Origin: Schizochytrium sp. TIO01
Lineage: Eukaryota > Protista > Bigyra: Labyrinthulomycetes
Length of the DNA stretch: 64,000 bases
Reading direction: 5' to 3'
Assembly (NCBI GenBank): GCA_004764695.1
Contig: SMSO01000032.1
Location: 7,472,483 to 7,536,482 of the forward strand
Below the pieces are notes generated by a model that saw only the letters and a program-made list of their open reading frames with translations, was not told the origin of the DNA and made no database searches. Numbering within the stretch: position 1 is the stretch's first letter; every line of letters starts with the position of its first letter. This document shows, piece by piece, positions 12,978-26,800 of the stretch. The position numbers were made by a program, and so were the translations under genes.

Positions 12978-15545
12978 ATGGCAAAAGCAAGTGCACAAGC
13001 TGGGCTGCGTGAGCTTGTTGCCACATTGTGCCTTGTCTTCGCAGCAGTGATTGTTCAAGTGACCGAAGCCACGTATGGCGAGTGCAATACTACTTGCAAC
13101 CAATATGTGCTGGACCGCATCTGTATCGAAGATGACGTGACAGAGGATGCATGGGTACCCAATGCAACTTCAGCCAAAATTGGCGTCATGCGCGATTTCT
13201 CAGGCACTAACGCAGCTGATTTTGCATCAATGTGCGCCTTGAAAAATGTACGCGAGGAAGGAGTTCTTGATGGGATTGATGTAGACCTTCGCTGGCTTGA
13301 CACAAATTCTGATATGCTTGGTGGCATGAGGGCTGGCCTATGCATGCGAAAATCTGGTATGGATGCTGCCGTTGGTCCCTTCTCTAGCGACCCCGCAGAA
13401 GGCGCAGCTCTAATCGGCAACATTTATGATATTAATACGGTTGCCACCACTGCTACTTCCCCAGACCTCAGTGATACCAGTTCTTACTCCTACTTCTCAC
13501 GTGTCATTGGATCTGATTCCAATCAAGGTAGTATGCTTGCAACCCTTGCTGCGCAATACGGTTGGACTGAGATTGCTGTACTTTACATTGCCACAGATAC
13601 ATACTTTGAGGGTGTTGCAAATGCATTTACAGATAAATGTATTGAACTTGGAATTTCTATCGACACCTACACGCTTGCCTCTACTGACTATTCCGAAAGC
13701 AAGTTGGAGGAGAACCTTCAGAAAATCCGGGAATCTGAAGTGCGCGTTGTGATGGCTTCAATGACTCCCATGCATGACACCTTAACTATCGCGAACGAAA
13801 CAGGTATGCTGGATGAAGGTTGGGCTTGGCTCACCACTGAGTCTGCAATCTCCATTCTTTGGAGTAACGGATGGAACCTTCCTGATTCTGACCTTGAAAA
13901 CATGGATGTGTTGCTCGATGGTGTGATTGGCCTTGTTCCGCAGGTGAATACCTCAAGTCAGGCTTACAATGATTGGTATGACTGCATCGTAGACCACATG
14001 AACGAAACCAACTCTAGCTCAATGTTTTATGGACTAGGAGACGCTGCTCGGGCCGCGACATACACTTCGACGGAACTTGCAAGCATGACCGAAGAAGAGA
14101 TTTACAATGGCACACTCACTGCCATGGCGACAATGTGGTATGCATTCTACTACGATGCCATGCAGATTACTCTTCGTGCTTTTGCGTCTCTTGACGCTTC
14201 TGATCGCTCAGATACAGAAAAGCTACGTGCGGCGATCCGGAACACAACCTACGATGGAGCTACTGGGTCAATTGTTCTGGACTCTGATGGTGAGCGTACG
14301 AGTATGGCATATTCGATTGGCAATATCTTTGGGAAAGAGTATCATGTGATTGGAGAAGTCACCAAGGTGGATGATTCAATTGAGATTACCTTTACACAAG
14401 ACGCGCATTTCCCGGGCAATACAACAGATGTTCCCGTGGGCTATGAAATGGATTGCGACCTTGAAGACGACTATAATCAAACAGTAAGCGAATGCCATGG
14501 TTCTAGTCGAACTGTCACCTATATTCAAAGCACAAACAAGTCTAAGCTCTATTGCCCTGATGTCACTCCCTTCGATGTAAGCTGTGATCACGCACTGTAC
14601 ACGGATGCCAGCATGCCTTTAGACATGATAGGCTATGGTTTAGTGTTCCTCACCTTGGTATTGTTCTTATGGGTGTGGAATCATCGCTTGATTAAATTGT
14701 CTCAGCGCGAGTTTCTCATTGTTATGTTATTGGGTGCATGTGTTGCTCTTACGGGACCTCTACTCTCTTTCGGCCAGTTGAACTTTTACAAATGCGCCAC
14801 ACTGCCAATTTTTACCTCCCTAGGTTATGTACTTTTGTTTGGCCCCCTCTTCGTGAAATCCTGGCGCGTTGGCGTATTGGTGCGCAACACGAAGCTGCGT
14901 CATATGAAAGTTCCAAGTTACCAACTTTATGCTCGGCTATTCGTCATGCTAGCTATTACAAGCATTCTACTCGGATTGATGTTTTATCTTGATCCTCCGC
15001 ATGTGGAATCGACGACCGAGCCTATTACCTACGATGGTGAGATTCATGTTGTGCCTTTTCAAACTTGTACTGTGGATGGCAACTTGATGAGCTCTATGCT
15101 CATTTTCGCTCTCGCGCTGTTCACTGCATACGGCTGCTATGTTTCTTACCAAATCCGCAATGTTAGTGAGGACCTAAGCGAGGCTCGTTGGATCTTTTTG
15201 TCTATTTACAACGGGGCCCTTCTCTCAGCTATCATGCTTGCCATTGTGCTCGGTTTGGATCTCACGTTCATGCAGATCCATCTCTTTGCAACTTTAGGTA
15301 TTCTGATCGTTTCTGTGTTCACAGTGGCTCTCATCATGGTTCCTAAGTTTATCAATATCTTCAAGGACCAGCCATTGTCCGAGCCGGGCCTTGGAACCTC
15401 ATCTGCGGCCTTCTCATATCGTCCAGGTACTGTAGATGTCTCGTATCTGGTTGGGCCTGACGTCACTCGTTATGGGCGGAGCAACACTCACACTGGATCA
15501 AAAGACTCTAAACATCGAGTTGAGGAATCTGAAACAGAAGTTTAA
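12978..15545 (+). CDS. Class C (GABA-B/mGluR-like) GPCR, paralog 2, 855 aa, intronless
   Basis: Colinear with paralog 1: signal peptide, VFT (AVGPFSSDPA, ATSPDLSD), 4-Cys linker and 7TM (FVKSWRV, RNVSEDLSEA, VPKF). Confidence 0.92.
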   Translation: MAKASAQAGLRELVATLCLVFAAVIVQVTEATYGECNTTCNQYVLDRICIEDDVTEDAWVPNATSAKIGVMRDFSGTNAADFASMCALKNVREEGVLDGIDVDLRWLDTNSDMLGGMRAGLCMRKSGMDAAVGPFSSDPAEGAALIGNIYDINTVATTATSPDLSDTSSYSYFSRVIGSDSNQGSMLATLAAQYGWTEIAVLYIATDTYFEGVANAFTDKCIELGISIDTYTLASTDYSESKLEENLQKIRESEVRVVMASMTPMHDTLTIANETGMLDEGWAWLTTESAISILWSNGWNLPDSDLENMDVLLDGVIGLVPQVNTSSQAYNDWYDCIVDHMNETNSSSMFYGLGDAARAATYTSTELASMTEEEIYNGTLTAMATMWYAFYYDAMQITLRAFASLDASDRSDTEKLRAAIRNTTYDGATGSIVLDSDGERTSMAYSIGNIFGKEYHVIGEVTKVDDSIEITFTQDAHFPGNTTDVPVGYEMDCDLEDDYNQTVSECHGSSRTVTYIQSTNKSKLYCPDVTPFDVSCDHALYTDASMPLDMIGYGLVFLTLVLFLWVWNHRLIKLSQREFLIVMLLGACVALTGPLLSFGQLNFYKCATLPIFTSLGYVLLFGPLFVKSWRVGVLVRNTKLRHMKVPSYQLYARLFVMLAITSILLGLMFYLDPPHVESTTEPITYDGEIHVVPFQTCTVDGNLMSSMLIFALALFTAYGCYVSYQIRNVSEDLSEARWIFLSIYNGALLSAIMLAIVLGLDLTFMQIHLFATLGILIVSVFTVALIMVPKFINIFKDQPLSEPGLGTSSAAFSYRPGTVDVSYLVGPDVTRYGRSNTHTGSKDSKHRVEESETEV

Positions 15546-16230
15546 ATCTTTCTCCTTGTGCTGAAGCAGAAAGATATTCAAGATGTGTATATCCTGCCTC
15601 TCGTGTTTTATGCACGTTTTTGTGTTTTGTTTGTTTGTTTGTTTGTTCCCAATTTGCTTCATTTTCTACTATAAATATATTACTCTTGATCGTTATTGTC
15701 ATACTGGGCCATTTCTGGCAAACTCTTGTTTCATAATATACACTATTCACAACTCATTCGGAATCACTAGAACATATTATGGACATCTTTGCTGCTGGGT
15801 CAGAGGTTCTGCACAAAGAAAGTGAATGAGCACGTGCGCATTCATACAAGTCTGTTTAAAGGTGCTCAACAATTCTTCGCAGTCATGTGGACAGATGCCT
15901 ATATCTACAGCTTTCTACATTTTTCATCCTTCTTTATACTATTTCCATGAACAGGTAATTGGAAATCTCAATTCCATTGGGTAGAGTGAACAAAATAGAA
16001 ATGGCATAGCGCAAGGCAATATGGTTTCTTAGTCAATAAGTCCGTTCTAGCCTTTCACGAATGCCACATATTATTGAGCATATGAAGACTGAGCATCCAC
16101 GATCGCGAGTTGCGCATGCATTATATGGAAGCAAACAAATTGAGGCCTGAAATCAGGTGATTTAAAGGTACTTATCTTGGGCTAACCTTTTGGGTCTGTC
16201 TACGCAGAGGATGATGTTTATTCGATTAGT

Positions 16231-16427
16231 GATTTATTGAAGAAATATACAGCTACGTGTCTAATCTAACCTTACCTAAGAAAACTCTCCTGTCCATACA
16301 TTCATCCTGCCTGTATGCAGACCCGAAGCCCCAATAATTTATATACTATCCTCTTTCTCTTTCTCCTGAGTTCGTCATCCTTGTCAGACTACGTCTGCAC
16401 GCTTCACAGCACAAGCTACCCTACAAT
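16231..16427 (-). repeat. ~200-bp dispersed repeat, copy B
   Basis: Its reverse complement matches 7861-8057 with scattered substitutions and small indels. Confidence 0.85.
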
Positions 16428-19400
16428 ATGATCTAAATTAGGTAATTGCCTATGTTAAGTTTGGAGAAAACGCATAGATATCAAGAAACATTCTAACTAT
16501 TGGAAATGTCTGGTAGAGTCTGCAAAGTTTAAAGTTAAACTTAAGAGCCCAATGAAGAATGAGAAATATCTAGTCTAGCCTACTCCACAGAAATCTGCTC
16601 GATGAAACAGAATCAAAAGATCAAGTTCGCCTGATGGTAATCTCTTGAAGTGCACCCTTCAAGAAGGTGAAATAGTGTCCTTTTCACAGCGATCAAATGG
16701 ACACAATTTCGAGGGCATTGCTTATGGTTTTGATCAAGTTTGCTTCAACACAAAAAGCAAAAAGTAAACACCTTGCTGGAGTGAATTCAAACTGGATATG
16801 CATTTTCTGGCCACCAATACTCTTTCAGTTTTAGCCTATTGGCCGAAGATTAGCATGTGGTTAATGATCTGGTTTAATTGCAACATGCCGTAATACATCG
16901 TTGAGCTGTCTCTGAGAATAAAATCATAATCTCGACTATCCATAAACGTTGCTTTTTGTACCTCATCATGTCTCACTCGCTATGAAATTAAACTTTGCAA
17001 CTTCGGGAGTACATAACACAAGGTGATTTAGTCATCTCTCTTGGAACAAGAAAATGCCTATGCCAGTGATTCAAACACTCAAGCAAACACCGGAAACAAT
17101 TGCGTTTGTGCATAGTTCTACAAAAGTAAGATGCTGCCGTGGAATTGGCTTGTCGTTTTCCGTAGGTTAGGTTAGAAGAGATTTGTTGGGAGTCTCCGAG
17201 ACTGTTCTTCCAAAAAATAAAAAATAAAATGAAAAATAAACATAAAAACCAAATGAAGAAAAGCTTTTAAAAAGGGAAAGACTTATATTCCTTTAGGCCT
17301 TAATATATAATAAGAATAAATAATAGAATTCTATAGTAGTTCTTCTGCCTATTAATAGTGCTAATACTGCGGATCATTCCACCCAATCTAAAGGGCCGAT
17401 CGATCTTTTTACTTTAGTTTTTTAACGCACATGATGGGGTGTGCGGTCTGTCTCATGTTTTAAGCGCAAACATGTTGCTGACTAAGAGGTCCCATGGTTG
17501 AATGTAGAGGTACACTCACACGAAGTGGGACAACTTGCACTTTAATTGAGGAAATTGGAATAGAATCAAGGGCGTTGGAATGGTGTGTGTTTATGGACTT
17601 AAGGCTAAGTCCGGACGCCTTCGTGGTGGCCTCAGGTTCCTCGACAATACTGAAATTTATCTGCACCTCGACTTGCAGCAACCTCGTGGTATTTTTAGAG
17701 GTAGAGGTGAGTTCACAACCTATTTTAGCTTAACTTCTCCCACCTTCACCAGCTCTACTAGCACAACCTTGGGTGAGCTGATCGCCGTTGATTATATGTT
17801 ACAATATCTGCACAAACAAAGCAAACGCTTTGTACGCGAACTTACTTACGTCTGACGATTCCTTTACAAACGACGAATTGAAAACGTGTATCCTTGCCTC
17901 AAACCGTCTTTCTCTGCAGGGAAATCAGTCGTGTTGAAAATTTGTCCTTCGTAGAGATTTTGCGCCTGCCCCATGCAAACACCTATAATTCTGTCCCAAA
18001 CATATTGAAACGCGAGAGAAAGTCCGCGACTACCCTCAGAATTCGGTACCAGCTAGGTCTATTTCATTTGATGCCGCCTCATTGCACAACAAGAAAAGTG
18101 GCACATCGAAAAAACAATTCAAAGTCCAGGCTTCTGAATTTGAGAGCTGATATTCTTTTTTAGAGCATTTCCAAAAGTTGATCCAAATCAATAACTACAT
18201 TCCACTCGAAGATGCGAAAGCTCTGAGCAGCAGGTTACTTGTTCACCACGACGAGTATACTAAACATAGACAAAGACAAAACTAAATCACAAATACAGAG
18301 CATACTTTACAACATCATGTTGATTGGCAAATCTCTTCCCGAGTATATTGCCACATTTGGAAGAGTGGTTTTAAAAGTTGCCATGATGTTAATTTGCCCG
18401 ACAATGTGTTTGTGAAGTATTATCTATGTATAATAGGCAAGTCAGGTATCAAAGCTAAAAAGAACAAAGTGATGGCGCATGACTTTGGCGCTTAGCTATA
18501 CATGATTTGGCCTTGTCAGGATTCTCCCTTGTGTGCCAGTGATTTTTGTCTAGCAGAGATTTCTCACAATTATTGCTCCTAAAGAAATAAATTTACGAGA
18601 GTACAGCATTTTAGCATTTGCTAACGAGGGAAAATGGTTGTTGAGGCATATGTTGCGTCACTGCTATTTTGCTTGCAGACGCTGCAGGCTCAGGTTACAA
18701 TATCATTCCAGGTAGGCATCCTCGTTCATTGAACTCATATTTCTCTGACAAAGGCAAAAGATTTGTATTCCATAATTGAAATGTCCAGAAAGTATGAAAA
18801 GAATGAAGAGTGAAGAGAACAGACATGTGCGCAAATTGCAACTCTAATGGCTCTAAGTTAGACGCAAGAATATTAACATTATTATGTCTTTCGTATGCCT
18901 CTTATTATACAAGACAGAGACTTTTTTATTCTTTTGGACGATACAGGTGTAGGCCTGTTTCATGGGAGTGAGTGTGTTTCAGTACTGTGCCTTTAGAACC
19001 TGGTACTACCTACTTATATTTTTGAACAGCAATATTAGCTGAGCCAGGACTGCTCCGTAGAATTAGGAAAACGCTAGGAGGGGAGACACGTTTGTGGCCA
19101 CTATGGTGTAACTAAAGGTAAATATTAAATAATTTTGGTGTATCTCAAGCTGTGCACAATTAAATTAAAAAACCAACTAGAACTTTGCACGACTAGGCCA
19201 AGAGAACAAACAGATAAAGTCTATGTTGAACGCACGCAAGGACGCCCTTTGCCATCTTGGTAGCGTCATACGAAAGCAATAGTAATGCAGCCTCATTGTC
19301 ACGGGGGAAACCACCAAAAGTGTCGTGAACTTAAGAATTGAATTTGCTACTGTGCACTACCTTTAACTTAGGCCAACATGTGTTTTGTACGGATTCAGGT

Positions 19401-22400
19401 TTCTGAGAGTGATAGTTTCAGAGTGGAGGAAACAGGCTAATACGAGCGAGGGATTTGGAATTCGCCTCAAATTGAAAGGAAGTCACAAACGCAAGTTTAC
19501 AAGTGAAACATGATTCCAGTTATAGCCAGTGGAGAAGCAACCCTCTGCAGACTGTTGAAAGTTGCAACTTGTGTAAAAAATTTAAAAAAAAAAAAAAAAA
19601 AAACAGAGAGAAAAGAAAAAAACATCTCAATCCTTTGAACTTCCAGTTGTTTTTTAGTATTGTTTTAGCAGGGAAAGGGTTAGCAAGTACTAGACTTAGA
19701 AAACCCCACTGGCCAATCAACTTTGATCCAAATCTATTGTAGGTTCCTAGTACTAACAGTGCTACCAGGAAAAAGAAAACGAAATGAGCATATTTACAAA
19801 ACAGCGCGTGCGCCATAAACAATTGAAGGAATTTTGCGTACTAAGCAATTTCACCTATTTATTGTCTGTCCCTCGGCAACAATAAGGTCAATCATTTAAA
19901 TAAATCGTATAATTGGAGTGCTTCTAATGCATCGGAAAATTTATTAGGCTCGATAACTCGTCATTACATACCGGATTTCAACTTCAGGTCTTGACTTTTC
20001 GCAACAAAAATTGATATACCTATGTACATAAATATACTTTTAGCTAGACTAGGTATGACATTTATATGAGAGAGTCCACAACTCTGAAAGATCCGAGCAC
20101 GCGCGGTACTACATTGACGATCTAATTCTGAGTTTTATTTAATCTTGAGATTTATTTAGTAAGGCAAATAGGAGCTGGTATTTTGAATAAGTAAACGACT
20201 TAAATTTTCAATAATAATATTAAAGCTTTTTAGTTATTTTTATTTTATTTAAAGGGGGTATTTCGCTGAGTTTACAAAGATCTACCCTGGTAGCAGCATT
20301 ATGCGAGAGCCCTTTCTAAACTGCTCTGTTTCTGGCTTCACCACCCTGTCAGAGAACAAGAGGCCCATCTCGATTCTCATCGCATCGACAACTCATTATG
20401 ACGACCGTGACCAACTTGAGGGAAACACACACGTACACAAGCGTACACGTTGTAAGCACATTCATTCAAGTCATTCTTCTTAAAGTTATGATCCTAGCAT
20501 AATATTTTTCTCGAGGTTATTTTACAGGAACCTAATTTGTTGATTTGAAGCTGCATGTGTTTCCCCCTCTATCTACAGTTGTCTGCATCTCTTCGCTTGC
20601 TAACAAAAAGAGGAGTAGAACAGACAAAAATCATGCACAAACAAATTGGTAGAAGAGATTCGTTTCTATTGTAGAGTCAGTATGCGAACTGAGCATCCAA
20701 GCAAATCCTGACCCCTGAAGCTTCTTTGTCAAACCAAAAAAATCACCCTTGCGTGAGGTTCGCGGCTCACAGGAGCGTTGTCAGTGTTCGTATATTTCAG
20801 GGGTACGAAATAAAGCCTGCTTTTGCTCGTCGGCTGCTCGGCTATGATATGGTTGCTGAGCTTACTTCTTGGGTACTGATTTGTGTAAGCTTGAGGTTTT
20901 ACTTTTGTCTAATCTCTTTTTTTAAAGTTAAAATTTTAAAATGTATTGTTATAGAGAGATTTTTATTTTATTTTTAAATAAAGGAAAATCAATGCTGATT
21001 CTCAAAAACAGAGAGTCGAAAGTCCAAGTCAGCATAAGATAAAAGTACCTCGCAATAGTGATGAACAGTCACAGGTTGACGTATATGGAATATCCACTAC
21101 TGTAGCTTGGTGAACAATTGGTGGCGAAGCTGGTTCTCGTATGCCAAATCACCAAGAATAAAGTTGGTAGCAAGTCAAAGGTCCTGGAAGGATGGCGAGC
21201 GGACACATTCCTCATGCCTGAGTTGTGCAGAAGAAGTCTAGAGAATAAGAAATTAATCCATCCCATCTATGCGTCTCTCTGCACTTCAAATTGATCAATT
21301 ATATTTCGTTTCTTGATTCGTTACTGGCAAGCATAGTTGCAACGTGAAACACAAATACCTAGGTTCTATTTTGCTAGATAACTTTGTCCAGGAGCTTGTA
21401 GAATACACTAAAAAGACATTCGTGTGTTTCTGTTGTTGACGACTTCACAATCGCCCTGTGGACACGCGAAGAGCTCGCATCTCACCACCCTATCGAATAT
21501 GAAACGAACGCGGAGCTGTGCATGAATAATTGTTTCTTCCACGCGTAACAAAACTCGTCACTTCGCGCTGTCGCTCTCCGAATCTTTAGCACACTCTCGC
21601 GCCAAATTACGCCTCCTTTGAAGCACTTGCTTTCCTAATCATAACTGTATTCCTTTTCCAGATCTTAGTAGAAGAAATCGTAATTACCCTAAAACCAGCT
21701 TGAAGTCTGCAAATCCAGCCGGACGCAAGGCAAATCTCTGAAGAACGCGCTAGGCGATCGGCATCATCCAAAGATTTCTCTCACAAAGATCAGCAGGTAC
21801 AATGTGCGTGCTACAATCATTTATGTAATACTCTCCCACGTGTTAATCATCAAACAATATTAATAATCAAGAAACAGCGAAAATGCGGCGGATCTGATGA
21901 GGGGTATGCATTCTATAAGAAGTCCTAGCCTGCTCCCCGTTTCCGGCAAGCTCGCGTGTGGGCCTCCTGACACATGAGAAGAAGAAAGGAAAACACATTA
22001 TTTTCGGCCCTAGCTTCCAACTACTAGCGCCGGCAACCAGCCAGCCGATAGTCGAAAGGGAGTGTAGCTTGAATACGCAAAGATACCATGCTAAAAAGCA
22101 AGGCCACCAGATTCCGTTGCCTAGCTTTGGTGAGCAATATATTTATATGCAGGCTTTATTGAGATCGAGCAGAATGCCTTCGATGAGTTCTTTATGTGTA
22201 TTTTAATTTTAATAAATAAATAAATAAAAATTTATAGGTAGCCAAAAATAACTTTTAGCGGAGAGAAAAAACTTGGGGGAAACAAAAAAACGCCTAAGGA
22301 AGTAACTTTAGTACAGAGTTTGATTAAAATATTCAAGTTTTCTAGGATAACTAAAAGTTGTCATTACAAAGTTTCTACTACTAAACGGGAACTTTGAGAT

Positions 22401-23760
22401 TGTTACTGCCTTGAGATAATCTTATAGCAGGGAGTTTACTCCGCGGCACTGCCTATGGGCAGTCCTTTCGGCAGCTTGGCTACCCACAAGAGGAGAAAAC
22501 AGCAGATAGAGCGATTATTTATGTTCCTCGACTTGTGTATTAAATCTAAAGAAAAGGATTCATAGGAGTAGCTTCTGGCAAAGAAGAAAACGATATTAAG
22601 TGACGTCGTTAGCCTCAATTGATCCAGCTGCGCTAGATGTCTTGGCAATAACGCCAGTGTAGCAGGGCACACGTATAAGTAGTGCTGGCTATCCATTGAT
22701 TCGTCTTGAATCAATAGGAGATATTCTTTCGAACTAAATATTATTGTTAGATGTAGATGCCACTAGTAGTCTTATTATTAGAAGTACCAAAGGTTTATCC
22801 AAAACCGCTGGGAGAGGTTAACCTTGATAGCTAGCCTACTTTTAGCAGAAAGAGGGCTGATGCGATCCTCTTCGAGCCGGGCATTGATTTTGCCACTTGG
22901 TTCGAGAGCTTTCGAAAGTTCACCTCTGGCAGTGTTCATAGAGTAAGCAGAATGTCTCGCAAGCTCTCAATCCGGCTGTGGTTATTGCCAAAGGTCGCTT
23001 TCCAGTCTCGCCGATCCAACACGCATAATTTTAAAGATCCAGGATCATGCATCCACATTTGGCTCAAAGAAGGCAGCGACGTAAATCGCTCCAGCAAAGG
23101 CAACTGGACTCGCGTTTCTGCCGTGCCAATTTCCTAACCTATCAGCACCAAGCAGTAAATATGTAAGCAAGTCTCTTCCCACGCAGGCTAATTTACAAGT
23201 TCATCCTGTCCAAACTTTGATGGAAGGCCCCGCTTCTAACACTGCTTCAGTCATCCTTGCTTCAAGATGTTTGCTTTCAAAGGTAAAGGTCTGCTACCTT
23301 CTAACTACTAAACCTAAATCAATAATGACACATTTCTTTATTCAGGCAGTTGTTTATTTATTTCTAAACGTAGATATCTCTGCACTTCAAGTTGTGCAGT
23401 TGTGTAAGTTTGCGGGAAAACTAACCTTGAAACTAGGGCGCCTCCTTTATAGAGGTCCTGCCACTCCAGCAGCGGTCTGCCACTTTTGCTCTCGTAAATC
23501 GACGTCTCCACGTATGTAGGCATGCTTATTCGAGCTTGGACTCCGCGTCTGAGGTCGCGAGCAATTACACTGCGTTCATAACGCAGCATCAGCGTTACAT
23601 AAGTCAACCCGGATCGCCGTGGAGTGCAAACGACGACGCAGGTGCTACCTTGTACCTACTTCTCTGCAGTGCTTCTCTTAGGTTCGTAGCATTCATCATC
23701 ATTTGAAGAGCAGTCATCGCATTAAGCGATTACTAGCACATGCTAATCACCAATCCGTGT

Positions 23761-23812
23761 TTTATTATTATTATTATTGCTATTATTATTATTATATAAT
23801 TATCATGATTAT
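23761..23812. repeat. Imperfect (TTA)n microsatellite
   Basis: tttattattattattattgctattattattatt... Confidence 0.7.
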
Positions 23813-26800
23813 TAAGTTTTTAATTAAAATTCAATTCTAAAAACAAAGCCATCTCTTTAACAGGGCAATTGATGTACACAAGAAGAAACCAAAAAAGCTG
23901 ACCAAGAGTAAATAAAAAAAGTACGAAGGATTCAATGAGACACCATTCTTGTGACTTGGGTCTATAAAAATATAAAGGCTATTGGTTTTAGTTTCAATTT
24001 TTTAAAAGAAAAGGAAAAAAACTATACCCTTTCTTAAATATCAATATGGAAAAATACTATATTTTAATTAAAAAAGCCTTTTACGGTTACTTTGATCTAG
24101 GTACCTAATAGCACTGTCTTAGATAATAGGTATGTCGACCTTTTGGCCCGTTTTCTAGCAAGATTAAAATTTTAGCTCTTAAAGAAATAATACGAGTGCT
24201 AAAGGGGATCCAGGATGAATCCATCCGCGCCGGCGGCGGAGAATCGTCGTGTACTCCGGTCGCGCGCTGTTGTGATATAGTTGAGGAAAAGGCTGCCGCT
24301 GCGATGGATGCGAACTGGAGCAGAAAGAGGGTAGATTTCTCTAGCTGGGCAGCATTGATACGGCGAGTGATCATGAAATGAGCTCCGAGCTGGCTTTGCT
24401 TGCTGATTGTTTAATATATCCTGCATTTTTGTTTTGCACACGTGCCAACAGTGAAAATCAATCAATATATATATATAGGAAACACGGATCATTGCAAATT
24501 TCCCAAATTCTAGGGTTTCCTTCGCACGAAATGAAAGCTCATGTCCCATTCTCTCGATCAAACTTGTAACACTCGTCTAAAGCTTGGCTGTAAGTTTCTG
24601 CTGCTTGGTTCAATCGGTTCGACTTCAACCTTGGGCTTTCTCAAATTAGATGCAGCAAGTTGATACAATAGGTTTCTTGAAATAAGATTGCCAAAGAAAC
24701 TTTCTAGTAGAGATAAATGCAGTATTCGTGGCGACTCCACATTCGTCCAAAAGGACAACTTCTTTTGCACAGTTGGAAATTGTGCACAGACTCCAATAAT
24801 CCTTGCAAAAAGTGAAACAATAGTATAGTAGCTATTTTGATTGTTGCGATGGTAGTACCCACCTACATACTTCATAGTTTGTATTTTTATTTACTTTTCA
24901 CCTTCAAACTTATTTTACTTCTTTTCTGATACATTTACCGCCTAGACCATGTACTAGGTACCTCGAAAGCTCTGTCTGTTCGTAGCTTCGACAGCCAGTG
25001 TCTGTCGATTGACGAAGCCGCGCTTGGCATTTATAAACCCAAGCAAACGAGGTCTATTTCTGTAATCGCAAAGAAGCCTTGAGATCTACAGTTAGGGCTA
25101 GGTTTGTGATCTCTACCTACCTCGTGATCATGACCTTGATGTTTTGTTCCCAGAATAAAGAAAACGAATTCTCGACATTGACTAAGATTGCGTCGCACCT
25201 TTCGGTTCGAAGGAAATGCATTTTTATCTATTTTCTCCTTTTAGAAATAGAATCGTTGTTGTTCATTTAAAGAAAGATGTAAATAAATTACATGAAATAA
25301 GTCTTTATACTATATTTCTTTTAATTTAGTTAATTATAAAAGTTAAGAATAAGAGGAAACTTATGAAGAAATAAGCTGTTGTTCTTTATAGTTTAACTCT
25401 GGCGAAAAAGGGGACAAAGACATAGACGTTTTCACCTCCGATGATCCGTCGAGATGTTTGCAGATGCTCGCGGGGCTCCTGGCTGGCCTTGATGCGTGCT
25501 CGCTGCTCCGACCGCGCGAGAAACCCCGCACGAGGGCTGTGATTGTTAAACCAGCTCGAGAGAATTTAGAGGGTCCCTAGCCGGCGTTTTCAAAGTATTA
25601 TTACATAATTAATACATAGAATGAAGATTGTCAATTTTTAGTTGCTGCGCATGGAAGTTGAAGGTACTACCCTACTATATACCCAGTTGCTCAAGAACAG
25701 GATAGATTTATCGCAAAGGCCTTTCCAAAGGAAAAGGTACTGACTGCTATAACTTCTTACCGCGAACAGGCCACTCTGCGATGATGGAAGTGAATGAAGG
25801 GAGCTTGGAGATGGTAAAATGTGAATATTATGGGATATTGAAAGGCTACTGAGTGATTTGCACACGGCCGGTTGCTGGCAATGCCATAGGAAAAGAAGCT
25901 TCAGCAGATTGATTCTCGTTTCGTTCGCCCCGCCGATTGACTGAGTCTGTCCGATGTCCTCCCTTTGCTTAAAAGATAAGACAAAATAGTCGAGAAACAA
26001 AAAAATAAAGAAAGAATAGTAAGTAGGTACTATAAACAAAAGAACTCCGAATAGCATTCGCTCGGATCCAGCTGTAGCTTGCTTCAGACGGCCTAGAAGG
26101 CCCCGAGGGAAGGAGCCGCACTGGGGATGGCACTGCCTGCATCCAGCAAAGTGTCTCACATACACCAAATGATAAATATGCCATGCCTTAATGCTTGCAA
26201 TTTCCATTTCCATGCTTTGTTTTGGCTGTAAAAAGATGGACACGTTTTTATATACACATTAATTAATTAATAATAATAATAGTAAACAATTTTAAAATAT
26301 CTACGATAAGAAAGTGTATACTTCCACCTCGAACTTAGTTTCCGCAGTTAGTGCTGAAGGACTTACTCTAACTCTACAGCCTCCCATTCATAGCCTCGAG
26401 CTGAGTTATTTTCTAGTTCTCCTTGTTGCAGGTACTCCTAAGAGTTGAAACAGGACACGTTGCTAGTCAACTTGGCGAGCCTAGGACGCGCAAACAATAT
26501 GCTCAAACTAACTTACAAACAAAATTCTTAAGTACTACTTGAAAAATAAACAAATGAATGAAAAGTAAAAGCGTCTTTAAAAAGACCAAATTAATAAATA
26601 AAAATTAATGAGGGGAGGTAAAAAAGAAAAAAAGAAAGAAAGAAAGAAAGTCTCGGGCACGTGCACGAGAAGAAAATGTGCTCGCTCGAAATAACAATTT
26701 ACTTCTTCATCGAAATAAACGAAAGTCCTAAACATGAAGCAAAGCAGATCCTACTGCAAGTCATTACAATTCAATCGATGTGTTCGTTCAGTTCGTAGCA

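Noticed and set aside
25638-26243. 201-aa minus-strand ORF, and a weak kinase-like phrase on the plus strand (LLSDLHTAG)
   Set aside because: Non-ATG start, composition driven by low-complexity sequence, and no supporting motif.
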